This document shows, piece by piece, positions 1 through 12,911 of a DNA stretch of 64,000 nt (position 1 is the stretch's first letter; each line of letters starts with the position of its first letter). Source of the stretch: Azolla caroliniana (lineage: Eukaryota > Plantae > Polypodiophyta); the NCBI GenBank assembly GCA_043228905.1, contig JBHGNT010000006.1, positions 13,082,001-13,146,000 on the forward strand, in the 5' to 3' direction. The notes beneath the pieces were generated by a model that was not told the DNA's origin, searched no databases, and saw only the letters and a list, made by a program, of their open reading frames with translations. A program made the translations under genes and the position numbers.

Positions 1-1810
1 TAATAGTACATATATGCATACACATACATACATTAGATATATACATACATATTATGCACATATTATAAACACACATCCAGACACATTAAATCATGTGCAT
101 TGACACATGCATATATGCATACAGGTACATACATACATATTCCACATATCACTATATATATATAGGTCATACAGGGTCATACAAGTTACAATACTTTCAT
201 ACACACACACACACATTAGATATACGTATGCTTACACATACATTTAATAATATATGCATGCATATTATGTGATATTGCAAACATACATCCATATATGAGC
301 CATTCACATACTAAACACGATCAATACACCGAAAATATACATACATGAATACATTACATATTACATGTATACACATATATGCATTCATACATGGACATAC
401 ATATATTCATTCATACACTGCTACACATATATAGGTACACATGCCTATAATGATACTTGTGTAAATGTTACCAACTTACATCCATACATGTACATACATG
501 CATGCATGCATACATACAATACAATATGTACATACGTACGTGCATATGTGTATATATGTTTGTGGTGTGTGTTGTATGTGTGTATGTATATATTGTATTG
601 TATGCATGAATAGACACACATAACACATATACACATACATATGGACGTGTAAAGAATATATATACACACACATGCCATACATACTATACATTCAACACAT
701 GCAATACAATACAATATGTACATACACACATACATATATACACATGCAATACAATACATACATATGTAAATCAATAGAAAACACACACACACACACACAT
801 ACACATGATATACAATACATACATATGTACATCAATAGAAAATACACACACACACATAACACATACATACATACGTAGAAATATAGAATACACACACATA
901 TAGCACATACACACATATAACACATATGTGCATGGACACATGCCATACATACAATACATACATATGCACCTATGTAGAACATACACACATATAACACATA
1001 CATACATTATACATAGTCACATGCCATACATACAACACATTCAACACAATACAAGATGTACATACATATACATGCACAAATGCCATACATACAATGCACA
1101 TATACAATAATGCAATTAATACAAAATGATACAATACAATAAAATGCAATACAACATGTACATACATGCATATACACACAACACATACATATACATACAT
1201 AGTCACATGCCATACATACAACACAATACAATATGTATGTCATACATACACATGCACACATGCCATACATACAATGCATATATACAATAATGCAATTAAA
1301 ACAAAACAATGCAATGCAATGCAATACAACATGTACATACATACATATTATACGCATCAATACATACACACAACATGTACATACATAAACATGCATATAT
1401 GCATCAATACATACACATACATATATATGCATGCAATACAATACAAATGCACATATATAGAACATACACATACATGCTATACATATAATACATACTTAAG
1501 CACAAGTATAAAACATATACATACATACACACATGGAATACAATGCACATACATAGAACATACAATACATATGCAATACATAGAACATACAATACATATG
1601 CAATACATAGAACATACACATAAGCACATAACACATACCCTACATACTCACATGCCATACACAAAATACATACAATATAATATGTAATACACTCACATAC
1701 AATATATACAATACAATATTGTATATACAATAAAATTATGCAATATGTACCTACATACATACACGCAACACAGACATATATACACATGCACATATATACA
1801 ACATACACAC
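1..1810. repeat. CA/TA-rich cryptic microsatellite / low-complexity array
   Basis: G-poor ACAT/ACAC/ATAC mosaic. Includes a 27-bp tandem unit (catagaacatacaatacatatgcaata, ~1552-1620) and a ~186-bp duplication (acatagtcacatgccatacatacaac at ~1011 and ~1197). Confidence 0.9.
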
Positions 1811-1900
1811 ACTATTTTTAAAACACTAATTGTTTGAAAAAATGGGGGAAGAAAGGGGGGGGTTTAGGGTTAAGGGTTAAAACACTAATTGCTTATGAAG

Positions 1901-1925
1901 CTCTCTCTCTCTCTCTCTCTCTCTC
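1901..1925. repeat. (CT)n microsatellite
   Basis: Pure CT dinucleotide run. Confidence 0.9.
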
Positions 1926-2311
1926 CTTTCTAGCGCTTGGATTGGTCTTCCAGGTAATCATTGGCGGTGGAGGGGCGACTTTGTGTCTAGTGGAGCAATA
2001 GCATCGGTTGGTGGTGGGGTTGTGGTGGTGCTCCTATTGTAGAAGAGAAGGAAGAAGTAAAAGAGAAACAAGCGGAAAGCGATGATGATATGGGATTCTC
2101 ATTGCTTGATTATAATTAATTAATTCAATTATTAGAGTAGAAATAGTGTCTTTTTGTTTGCATTTTGCATTCGACTTTTTTCCACTTTATTGAGTCTAAT
2201 TGCTTTGAAAAAGTGGCTATTGGGAATTTATTTATAAGGGTTTTTTCTTCATGACATGGATGTATGTATGTTTACAGTTTGGAGTTATCAATAGTAAGTG
2301 AGTTGATTTGG

Positions 2312-2314
<3 letters not shown>

Positions 2315-2345
<31 letters not shown>
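2315..2345. repeat. (GA)n microsatellite
   Basis: Pure GA dinucleotide run. Confidence 0.9.
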
Positions 2346-2350
<5 letters not shown>

Positions 2351-3100
2351 GAAAGCAAAGAGAGCAAGAGAGAAGAAGCCATGAGCAGCCATTAGGATCC
2401 AAACCACTTTTTGAGGGTTATTGGTTTAGTACCATATCAATGTTTTACCATATTCATATGTGTGCATGTGTATTTCCATATGCATGGTTGTGTTTGTATG
2501 TGTCTATTTGTATGCATGTATGAATGCATGCACACATGCATTGGTAGCATTCCATCTCATGTTCTTTTCTTCCATGTTAATTTGTGTATTTGCTATTGTC
2601 ATTTCACAAGGAAGAAGTGACCCTCCTTGGTCTTGAGAAGCCTCATGGGGAGCTCATGATGGCAGTGCTTTCTCTATAAGTATGGATGGTCTTCATTCCT
2701 TTCATGACTTTTTGGATTTGGAGGTTGACATTTATTAGGAACGTTTCTGAATCCAAGTGGGTGTTTATTATCACTAACCGTGTCTGTGTATTTTTATTAT
2801 CACCTAACATTGTATTCATCTTTCTTGGTGCTACATCATTAGGAGAATGCAAGGTCCTCATTTCTACTTGTTGTAAAGGAAGGAGATTGATAAATAAATC
2901 ATTGCATGTGTTGTAATATATTACTTTCCTCTCATCTAATGAATTATTGTTTGTTTGAAACATTATTTGAATCGTAGGTATGTCATTATTATAGCAAGTT
3001 GGTTTTGCATGTGTTTGTTTGTTGCAAACTATATAATCTAAGGAAAAGGTGTATTAGAAAGAGATGTTATATTGCCAATAGTGTGATTGATATGTATGGT

Positions 3101-3746
3101 CATAGATTGACATATTCGCATTCGTCGGGTTTCCCATTCGAATGCAAACGAATACGAATACGAATGGGCGGTCAAGTATTCGTTTAACTTTAAAAAAAAC
3201 AAAAAGAACTTTGTCTTTTTTAATTTTCTAGGATAAAAAAAAGGAGCTTAAACAATAAATAGGGATAATAAAAGAGAGACTTGGGGATTTGTCATTATTA
3301 AATTTTTATAATAAATGTATAACTTATAAATTATAAGTATTTATTTTATTTTTAATAAATAAAATAAAAGCTCATTAATTTCTCACTTTTTATTCCCTCA
3401 AAATTTATGGATATTTTTATTTTGACATTAAAAATAGTACTTCAAACTAATCATATATTCAAAGTTTATACTAATCATATTTGTATACTAAATATAAAAA
3501 TATTCTTTTTTTAAAAATTGATTAATTAAAATAAGTTTCATAAACTCTCTTGACACTATAATTTATTAATGAATAATTGTTCTTTTTTTGGTAAAATAAA
3601 TTTATTTAAATAAATAAATAAATATTTTATATCTATTTTACAAAACAAATGGTTTTTTAATATTCTTAGGGCCATTTCATATTCTCGAATATAGAGAATA
3701 TTGCGCATGGAGAATATCACGAATATCACGCATGTGTCAATCTATG
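3101..3746. mobile_element. Non-autonomous hAT element (MITE)
   Basis: Perfect 12-bp TIR CATAGATTGACA (3101-3112) / TGTCAATCTATG (3735-3746). Perfect 8-bp TSD TGTATGGT (3093-3100, 3747-3754). Subterminal CGAAT/GAATA repeats and a very AT-rich non-coding interior. Confidence 0.9.
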
Positions 3747-4024
3747 TGTATGGTAAATGTGGCTTGACCCATGTAGCACATATATGCTTGATAAGCTTCA
3801 CATATTGAATCAATCATATATTAATCTCTTCCTCGTTAAATAATGTTGTGATGTGAGAAGTTATTGAGCATTTGAAGGAACTTCTTGTAGTGATGGGGTA
3901 TTCATGATGATTGTTGATGAATTTCATAAAGTTTAAATATAGAATAACTATCAAACCAAATAATGACCTCTTGAGTCTTTATTAGTAAAAGAATATCTAT
4001 GATTTAGGTCCAAATAGACACGAG

Positions 4025-4245
4025 CCCCTACACACATACACACATAACACATAGATACATACACACATGTTATACAACTAAGATATACCACACATACATA
4101 AAAGAACATGGAATACAATACATACATGCAATGCAATACATACATATGAACACACACATAACACATACATACATAAAATATATACAACATATGCAATACA
4201 ATATAATACATACATACACACATGTATAAAACATACATGTGTCTT
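4025..4245. repeat. Second CA/TA low-complexity block
   Basis: Same motifs as 1-1810 (acacacataacacat, catgcaatacaata). Confidence 0.8.
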
Positions 4246-4439
4246 CTATGTAAGGGCATTTAAAATGAGTTGTTGTCAAAATATATATTGGCACTAAGGG
4301 TTATTTTTATTAACTGTATTTTTATATAAGGGTATTTAAAATAGTAAAAAACATAGTATAAGTGGTTTATAACAGGTGTCGCGAACGCACGTGATATAAC
4401 CTCTTTATATATAGTGGAGCCCCCGGGCCAGAACCGGAC

Positions 4440-5782
4440 AAGACCTTCAGTCAAATTTGGATGAAGAACAAACAGAGGAACCGGTATTTGAAGCCCAAAG
4501 GTGGAGATACCCTCTCAGGGAGAGAAGAGCCCCCCAGGGATTTCCGGATGCAAAGCACGTATTGCTGACCGATGAGGGGGAGCCGAAAAGCTTCGAAGAA
4601 GCAAAGAAAGACACCTACAACTTCAAGTGGTTAAGTGCCATGCAGGATGAGATGGATTCCTTACATGAGAGCCACACATATGAATTGACGAAGCTGCCGA
4701 AAGGAAAGAGAGCACTCCGGAATAAGTGGGGTGTACAAGCTGAAACCAGGAGATGCCGAAAATCCACCGAGGTACAAGGCCCGGATCGTGGTGAAGGGTT
4801 TCCTGCAAAAGTAAGGGCCCCGATAGTAAACATGACATCCATCCGGACGGTATTGAGCATAGTGGCAAGCATGGACCTCGAGGTAGAGCAATTGGATGTC
4901 AAGACGGCATTCCTACATGGCGACCTCGAAGAAGAGATCTACATGCATCAACTAGAAGGATTTGAGAAGAAAGGGAAGGAGCACCTGGTGTGCCAGCTAA
5001 AGAAGCAAGCCCCCCAGCAATGGTACCGGAAGTTCGACTCCTTTATGACCGATCAAGGGTACCACAAAACGCAAGCCGATCATTGCGTGTGTGTGAAGAA
5101 ATTCGACGAAGGCGATTTCTTGATACTCCTTTTGTACATGGATGACATCTTGATCATCGAACCGGACCGAACCAAAATTGGGATGCTGAAGAAGGCCTTG
5201 AACCAGACCTTCTCCATGAAAGATTTGGGTCCGGCAAGAAATTTCTTAGGGATGCACATCATCTAGGACCAGAAGAAGAAGCTATTGCGGTTATCACAAG
5301 AAAAGTATGTGACAAAGGTGCTTCAGCAGTTCAACATGTCGGATGCAAAACCGGTCGGATCGACACTCCCGGCAAACTACAAGCTATCTGGAAAGCAAAG
5401 CCCTAAGACAAATGCAGAGAAGTCGGATATGATGAATATACCATATGCCTCCACCGTCGAGAGCTTGATGTACACAATGGTGTGTACCCGATTAGATATC
5501 GGATATGCAGTCAGAGTGGTGAGTCGGTTCATGAGCAATCCCAGAAAAGAGCACTGGAATGCGGTCAAGTGGATACTCCAGTATTTGAAAGGCACCTCGA
5601 GTATGTGCCTCCGATTCGGCGCTGGTAAACCCCAACTAGACAGATTCACGGATTCAGATATGTCGGCTAATGCGGATACCAACCGGTCTACATCCGGATA
5701 TGTTATGACTTCTGTAGGGGGAGCCATATGGTGGCAGTCGAGGCTGCAGAAGTCCGTTGCACTATAAACAACGACAGTGGAG
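4440..5782 (+). pseudogene. pol: Ty1/copia family A remnant (RT-RNase H), 5' piece
   Basis: QLDVKTAFLHG, LLYMDD and SRLQKSVAL motifs; homologous to 27000-28320. Interrupted by element B1 and resumes at 10330. Confidence 0.9.
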
Positions 5783-7269
5783 TGTTGAGCAAGCAAGCTC
5801 AACCAGATCCGGATCAGCTGAATAAGCTAGAGCCGAATCACAGAACCGGATCGGTGTCCAGATAATATCCAGAACCAGGAGCCGGATCGGAGACCCAGAT
5901 CGGATTGAAACCAGTAGGCCGTTAGAGGCCTACGGATTCAGTCTAGTATGTAGACATATTTTTGGGAGTTAATGATAGTCTCTCATGTGAGCATTGAAGT
6001 ATCTGTTAGTACTTCTGTCAGTCCTTTATGGACTTGTATAAAAGTTCTCTTTGAGCACATTCTATGTACAGAATATTGAGAGTATTATTTGAATTGAGTT
6101 TATGTTCTGCTCTCTCTCTCTCTCTCTCTCTATGTCTCTCCTGCGAACGCGTACTCTCTGTGTGTTGAGTTTTCCTTTCATCTTCTGTTGCTATCTGGCA
6201 AAGCCGGTTTGTCAAACACTTTCGCACGTTTACTTTGACATGGTATTAGAGAACGAGGGTTGAGAAGCTTTGCAGCTGACATACGCTTTCGAAGACAAAC
6301 CCTAATACTTGGTAACGACAAACAGAGAAAGATATGGATAGAGGTATGGCGAGTTCACTACCCACAGAGAAGCTCGACCAAAGCAACTACGTGTCCTGGT
6401 CATATAAAATGCACCAGTACCTATTGGGGCATGGATATTGGAGCTACGTGGAAGGAACCAACGAGGTAGCGTCAGCGCCATCACACAAGGACTTCTCGGC
6501 ATGGGAGCAAGGAGCGAGCCAAGTTTTGTATTGCCTCTCCTCCTATGTGCATGATCAGCTGCACGGCTACATCAAGGATGCAAAAACGCCGAAGGAGGCC
6601 TGGAATTACACACGTCGGGTGCTTCATCGAGGAAGAAGGACGGATAATTGCGCAAGGGCGTAGGGAAGGGAGGATGTTCATCCTCAACACAAATGACATC
6701 AACACCGCCATGTTTGCCAAAGGACAGACGATTGAAGCGGATCGGCCACATCAACTACTGGAGGCATCAAGATCTACAATCGAAACAAGTTGTGTTCGGA
6801 TTACCGAAGTTTAGTGGCCAGAAGGCCCAAATATGTGAAGCCTACCAACTCGGGAAGCAACACCGGCTTCCATTCCCCACCGAATGAAACCGGAACCGTA
6901 ACAAGCTCGATCAAATCCATTCGGATGTATGGGGACTAGCACAGAATGTTAGTGTTGGCGGGAGTCGGTATTTTTTCTCCTTCATCAACGACCAAGTCAG
7001 GATGACTAGTCAGAAGAAGAATCGGCGAGTAGTGGAGACTCTATTGTGCTATCCCCGCGCAAGGAACCGAGGAGATGGTTCACGCACAAAGAGAAGGGGA
7101 AGAAGAAGATGCCGAAATACGACACCGGTAGTGAAGGGTCGGATCAGAATGAATCTAACCCACGAAAGGAAGAAGGGGGATCCTCAAAAAGGAAGTCTGA
7201 ACCTGCCACGAAGGGACTCAAACCGGCTAACGAAAAGTTACGTCGGTCAACCCGTCAGAAGAAAACGTC

Positions 7270-8850
7270 ATGAGGTATGAGTACAATGAAAACATGGCGC
7301 ATCACTATGCGTACATGACTAAGGTGGCAGAAGTGCATGAGCCGGAGAGCTACGCAGAAGCAATAAAAGACGCAAATTGGTGTGCTGCTATGGAGGAAGA
7401 AATGCGAGCACTAGATGCCAACAATACATGGGACCTAGTTGACCCTCCCCGACAGTGCAAACCGATCGGTTGCAAATGGGTGTACAAAGTAAAGTACAAC
7501 GTCGACAGTTTGGTCAACCGATACAAGGCCCGGTTAGTGGCGAAGGGATATGCACAGACCCACGGAATCAACTACGACGAGACCTTCGCTCCGGTAGCGA
7601 AGATGACGACGGTTCGTGTGGTACTAGCTATTGTTGCGGCAAGGGGATGGCATCTTCACCAAATGGACGTGAAGAATGTGTTTCTTCAAGGTGACCTTGA
7701 AGAACGGGTCTATATGATCCAACCCCTCGGTTTCCAATCGGAGATGAACAACTCGGTAGTGTGTCGACTCAAAAAGTCGCTTTACCGTATGAAGCAACCC
7801 CCTCGAGCTTGGAATGAGAAGATCACGCACCGGTTGCGTAATATGGGGTTTGCGGCCTCAAATTCTGACTCGTCACTGTTCATTCAGAAAGGTTTGGACG
7901 GTCTAGTCTGTATCCTGCTATATGTTGATGATTTAGTCATCGCCGGACCCGGACATGATGAAATCGGCGAGTGAAGGACCTAGCGGACCTTCATTATTTT
8001 CTTCGGATCGAGGTGATCCAAACCCCCAATGGCATATTGCTCTCACAATGCCATTATGTGTTGAATATGATGTACAAGTTCGGCATGACATAATGCCGAC
8101 TGATCTCCACACCCCTGGACCAGAACCTGAAGCTACGTCCCGAATCCTGACCCGCTTGTGATGAGAAACGGTTCCGACAAATTGTCTGAAGCCTTATCTA
8201 CTTGACAATCACCCGACCCGACATCACTTATCCAGTCGGAGTGATCAACCAGTTCATGCAGAAGCCGACCGTCGAGCACCTTCAATGCGCACACCGGATA
8301 CTCCGGTATGTTAGCGGCACGAAGGACCGGGGACTGTTATACCGACACGGTATAGCTGGGAAGCTAGTCGGATATACTGATGTCGACTGGGCTGGTGATG
8401 AATCAGATCGCTAATCCACCTCCGGTTACATGTTTTCTCTTGGTAGCGCAGTTGTTACGTGGAGCAGCAAAAAGCAACCAAAAGAGGCTCTTGTCAAGCA
8501 TTGAGGCTGAATACCAGGGCGCTGCCATTGCCATCTATGAAGCCATCTAACTTCGGTGACTGTTGTGTAACATCCGGATCAAGGTGCCGACCCCGATCCC
8601 GACCCACTGTGACAACATGAGCAGCATACAGCTCGCCAAGATCCCAGTGTTCCATGCTCGGACAAAGCACATAGAAGTGCATTATCACTTTGTTCGTGAG
8701 CGGGTCCTGAGCGGTGAAGTTGAACTTCGGTATGTTCACACGGATCGGTAGGTTGCCAATATCTTCACCAAGCCATTCGGGTCGGACAAGTTGCAGCACT
8801 TTTTGGAGATGCTCAGCCTACAGCATCTCGATGTGCCGCACTTGAGGGGG
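7270..8850 (+). pseudogene. pol: Copia B1 RT and RNase H, disrupted
   Basis: ORF 7270-7974 has copia RT motifs. Downstream frames carry YTDVDWAG and HARTKHIEVHYHFVRE with stops. Confidence 0.9.
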
Positions 8851-9420
8851 AGAACAGGAACGGGAACGAATGGCCCCGGACAAGGAGTCGGAGAGGAAGA
8901 AAGAACCAAAGGGGGAGATGAGCGGAAAAAGGAAGCCGAGTCGACCGAAGGAGTCGGCACATCTAAACAAGTCGGAGCCAGCGGCAGTGGCGGCAAAGTC
9001 AAAAAGGACAGAGCCGACCAAAAGAAGAAGGCCAAGAGGGGGAGAACAAGAACGGGAATGAATGGCCCCGGACAAGGAGCCGGAGAGGAAGAAAGAACCA
9101 AAGGGGGAGATGAGCGGAAAAAGGAAGCCGAGTCAACCGAAGGAGTCGGCACATCTGAACAAGTCGGAGCAAGCGGTAGTGGCGGCAAAGTCAAAAAGGA
9201 CAGAGTCGACCGAAAGAAGAAGGCCAAGAGGGGGAGAACAAGAACGGGAACGAATGGCCCTAGACAAGGAGCCGGAGAGGAAGAAAGAACCAAAGGGGGA
9301 GATGAGCGGAAAAAGGAAGCCAAGTCGACCGAAGGAGTCGGCACATCTTAACAAGTCGGAGCAAGTGGCAGTGGCGGCAAAGTCAAAAAGGACAGAGCCG
9401 ACAGAAAGAAGAAGGCCAAG
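8844..9420 (+). repeat. 192-bp tandem repeat x3 in the 3' extension of B1
   Basis: TGGCCC anchor at 8871, 9063 and 9255 (period 192 = 64 codons). Each unit starts with GAGGGGGAG. Confidence 0.92.
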
Positions 9421-10329
9421 ACATGGTCGTAGTCTGATGTGGTGAAGGGCCTGAAAACCGGAGACGAGTTGGAGAACACCAACTTGGACAAGAGTCGGAA
9501 CGAATCGGAAGCGACCGATTTGGACAAGAGCTAGAACGAATCGGAGACAACTGATTCGGTTCAATAGATGGATTCGGAAGAGCCGGATCTTCTTAAGGCC
9601 AAGTGGACACGGACGTAGCGGAAGTCAACGCCAACACGGAGGAGCCGACGGGTCGACAAGCGCCAGAGTCGTAGCAGCGAGGGAGTTGAAATGGGCCAGT
9701 TGAGCAGACAAGCCAACTGAGGAGATCGAGGTGCGCAGTACCGGACGGGTCGCGGAAAGCAGAACCGGACCGGACGAGGAGCGCGAGCAAGGCGGGAGGA
9801 CGTCAGAAGGAGCCAGAGGAAAGGACCGACTACTGCAGACACTGACACCACAATCCAACCTCCAATTGAGCTTTAGGGGGAGTGTTGAGTGAGCAAGCTC
9901 AACTGTATCCGGATAGGCTAAATAAGCTAGAGCCGGATCAGTCCGGATCGGTGTCCGGATGATATCCGGAACCAGGAGCCGGATCGGAGACCCGGATCGA
10001 ATTAAAACCGATAGGCCATTAGAGGCCTACGAATCCAACCCAGTACATAAGCATATTTTTGGGAGTTATTAATAGTCGCTCATGTGAGCATTGAAGTACC
10101 TGTTAGTACTTCTGTCAATCCTTTATGGACTTGTATAAAAGTGCTCTCTGAGCACATTCTATGTACAGAATATTGAGAGTATTATTTGGAATTAGGTTTA
10201 TGTTTTGCTCTCTCTCTCTCTCCTATGTACGCGTACTCTCTATGTCTGTTGAGTTTTCCTTTCATATTGTGTTGCTATCCAACTGAGCCGGTTTGTCAAA
10301 AGCTTCCGCACGTTTACTTTGACACGGAG

Positions 10330-10405
10330 TATATGGGAGCTGTGGAAGCCGGCAAGGAAGTAATCTGTATGAAGGACTTCATAGGAGAGCTAGGGATCTG
10401 GCATA
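10330..10405 (+). pseudogene. pol: Copia A remnant, 3' continuation after B1
   Basis: YMGAVEAGKEVICMKDFIGELGI continues the RNase H broken at 5782. Confidence 0.85.
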
Positions 10406-10498
10406 TGATCAACGGGGAACTCCATATATATTCCATTTTTTTACACATCCTATTCTCTCTCCAATATTATTTTCTTTTCCTTCTCAGCTCCCTTATCT

Positions 10499-10690
10499 TA
10501 CGGAAGCCATAACACTCAAAAACCCTAATCTTCCCTACGGAAGGCATAACACTCAAAAACCCTAATTTTCCCTACGGAAGCCATAATACTCATATAACCT
10601 AATCCTAATTTTCCCTACGGAAACCATAACACTAAAAAACCCTAATTTTTCCCTACAGAAGCCAAATCTCTCAAAACCCCTAATTTTTCT
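10499..10690. repeat. 37-43-bp tandem repeat x5 containing AAACCCTAA telo-box-like cores
   Basis: Units tacggaagccataacactcaaaaaccctaat(c/t)ttccc start at 10499, 10536, 10573, 10616 and 10654. Confidence 0.85.
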
Positions 10691-10839
10691 TTTCTATTAA
10701 TCTTAGTAAACTTAAGACTTTTATAATTTCGATCTTGGGATTAATTGTAATCTTTATTTTCTATTTACTAATGAAATTTGTCAATCTTTCTCATTTTCCA
10801 TTAATTGTTTAATATAAACATACGTATTTGATATCTTCC

Positions 10840-12911
10840 GGTCGGAGGCCCTGGGGTCTTGCCTCAAAGTTCACGTATCCTCGTCGTATTTACACGACAC
10901 CGGACAATTGGAGGAGGCCCAAAACTATATTAGGATTTTAGAAGAAGAATTGGAAAGGGCCAAGTAGTTATTGGCCATTCAGGCAAATTTGGGCCACGAA
11001 ACTAGCATAGTGACAAAGCCGATAGAGCCGATAAGAAGATAGGAAGAGGCTCCGGTCAAGGAGATCGAACCGGTTGCTATTACAACATCGGAAAAAGAGC
11101 GTGAGTGGGAGAAGGAATATGAAGTGCTAAAAGATGAACTAATCACACGCAAGCAGGAATCAAAGAAAACGAAAAACCACTTCGAAAGACGACCGAGGAT
11201 GAGAAGTGGAAGATGCAAGACAGACTCCATCGATTGCAGAGCAGCATGGACCGGCTAAAGGAGGAAAAAGAAACACTTCTGCAGGAAAAAGACAAACTCC
11301 GGCGAATGGCAGAAACGGAAATAGAAAGGCTCAAGGAAGAAATCCAACAACAGAAGGACCAGGACGATCGGTTGAGGTCGTAAGTCAATCGACGTCTTAA
11401 GAAAAAATCAAAGGATTTTAGTAAGTTGTACGAGAACCACAAGAAACTGGAGATGAATTATGACCGACAGCAAGAAAAACTTAAAGAGGCCCGAGCAGAG
11501 TTGAAGGAGAAATCGGAGGCGTTGACGGAACATGGACGGCTGATGGCAGGAAGTTGTTGAAGGAAGCAACGAAAGAAAGGATGGAGCTATTCTTGGAGCA
11601 TAATCAGGTGGTTGAACAGTTGAAGGTGGTGTTGGATAAACTACAAACAATCTACCAAACCCGAATCATGGAGTATGAAGTGCAAGCAACGACAACAACA
11701 CTCATCAAGCATCTAAAGAAAGAAAAGGAGGCCACGGAGGATAAAGTGAAAATGGGCATCAAGAGAATCCAAATGATCGTTGGAGCATGGAGGGACCGAA
11801 TGAAAATAAAAATAGACGACTGTTCAACGGTTGTATGGAATCAGTGATCAAATCAAGTGGCAACGCTCCAACTTCTCCGCCAGATGCTAAAAACCAGAAG
11901 AAAGTCGGCGACAACCTCTATAAGATGGACGAAGAGAGTATAGTCGCCACCCAAGAAGAGTTGTCAGATGATTTTTATGCCCTAGCTGAAACACAATTGG
12001 AGGCCATCCAGAAGCTAATCGATGGATTTGAAGATGATCAACTACAAGTTACACTAGAGTTGGAGTGTTATGAGAAAGAGTGATGGTGGAAAGAAGCAAA
12101 GCAAAGAGCGGAACATGTAAACGTTAGTGATGAGGAACCACAACCAAAGCCAAGGACCTCCACACAACAACAGCCAGGGAGACAAGAGTAGTAGCCGGAT
12201 CAGTAGCCAGAGATGTAGAGGATGGAGCATACGAACATAAAAGGAATGAGAGTGGAGCCGAAGCCACAAGAGAAGTAGCTAGAGCCAGAATTGCCGTAGA
12301 GAAGAGAAACCAAAGAGGAGCCACTCAAACCCTTGAACCAGAGCATATTGGGTATACTAGACGAAGAGTGAAGGAGCAAACATGTGGGTTCAACGTGCAA
12401 TGCACTATCCCACGGGTGTGCCATGTGTTGGCCTATAAGGAGTATGATCTAGAGGAGGAAGTGTGAACAGGGAAGAGTTAAGGTCGGATGAATATTATTA
12501 ATATAGTTAAGGAAATGATGGATCCGGATAGTTGTACCAATCCGGATATGCACCGTTTAGTAGCTTGTAGCCAGATAGGCACCCTTTTGTAACTCTTACC
12601 AGATGCCTATAAAAGGATCCGGATTTATGTATAATACACGGAAGTAATGCAAGATTAAGTAGTGGAGTTAATCCTATTCTTTATTGTCTATTGTTATCTT
12701 GTGTACTGACCGTCTGTACTATCTTTGATGATCTTACACGTGTAATTAAGATCCGGATAAGTGTGTGGATTCCGGACAGAATTCCGGAAAGTAACCATAT
12801 AGTGTTAACTAAATGAGTGCGAAATCAAAATCCATATCACTGACCACCCTTTTGGAGACATGTTTTGGAAGGACACCCTGTGTTTGTGGCTAGTCCGGTC
12901 CAAGATATACA
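10840..12911 (+). mobile_element. Gypsy G0 remnant: degenerate extra ORF, tRNA-like motif and 3' LTR (12426-12911)
   Basis: DRLKEEKETLLQEKDKLRRMAETEIERLKEE and LNQSILGILDEE* match the G1 ORF 56195-58228. The LTR 3' part (accaccctttt..ggacaccctgtgtt..tccgg) resembles the G1 LTR. TATA at 12608. Left boundary approximate. Confidence 0.85.

Larger units (their letters stand above)
5783..10324 (+). mobile_element. Ty1/copia family B element B1 (internally deleted)
   Basis: LTRs 5783-6240 and 9883-10324 (TGTTGAG...TTTGACA). PBS TGGTATTAGAG (iMet-like) at 6241, PPT AGGGGGAG 9875-9882, TSD TGGAG/CGGAG. Gag, pre-integrase, RT (ARLVAKG, QMDVKN, LYVDD) and RNase H remnants. Confidence 0.93.

Noticed and set aside
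365-1808. Many overlapping ORFs rich in Y/C/M/V/H/T
   Set aside because: They are translations of the CA/TA low-complexity repeat, which lacks stops by composition.
1855-1885. Interstitial telomere (GGGTTTAGGGTTAAGGGTT)
   Set aside because: Only two to three degenerate units.
8736-9344. Antisense 202-aa ORF in the copia B tail
   Set aside because: Explained by the purine-rich repeat lacking reverse-strand stops; no independent evidence of coding.
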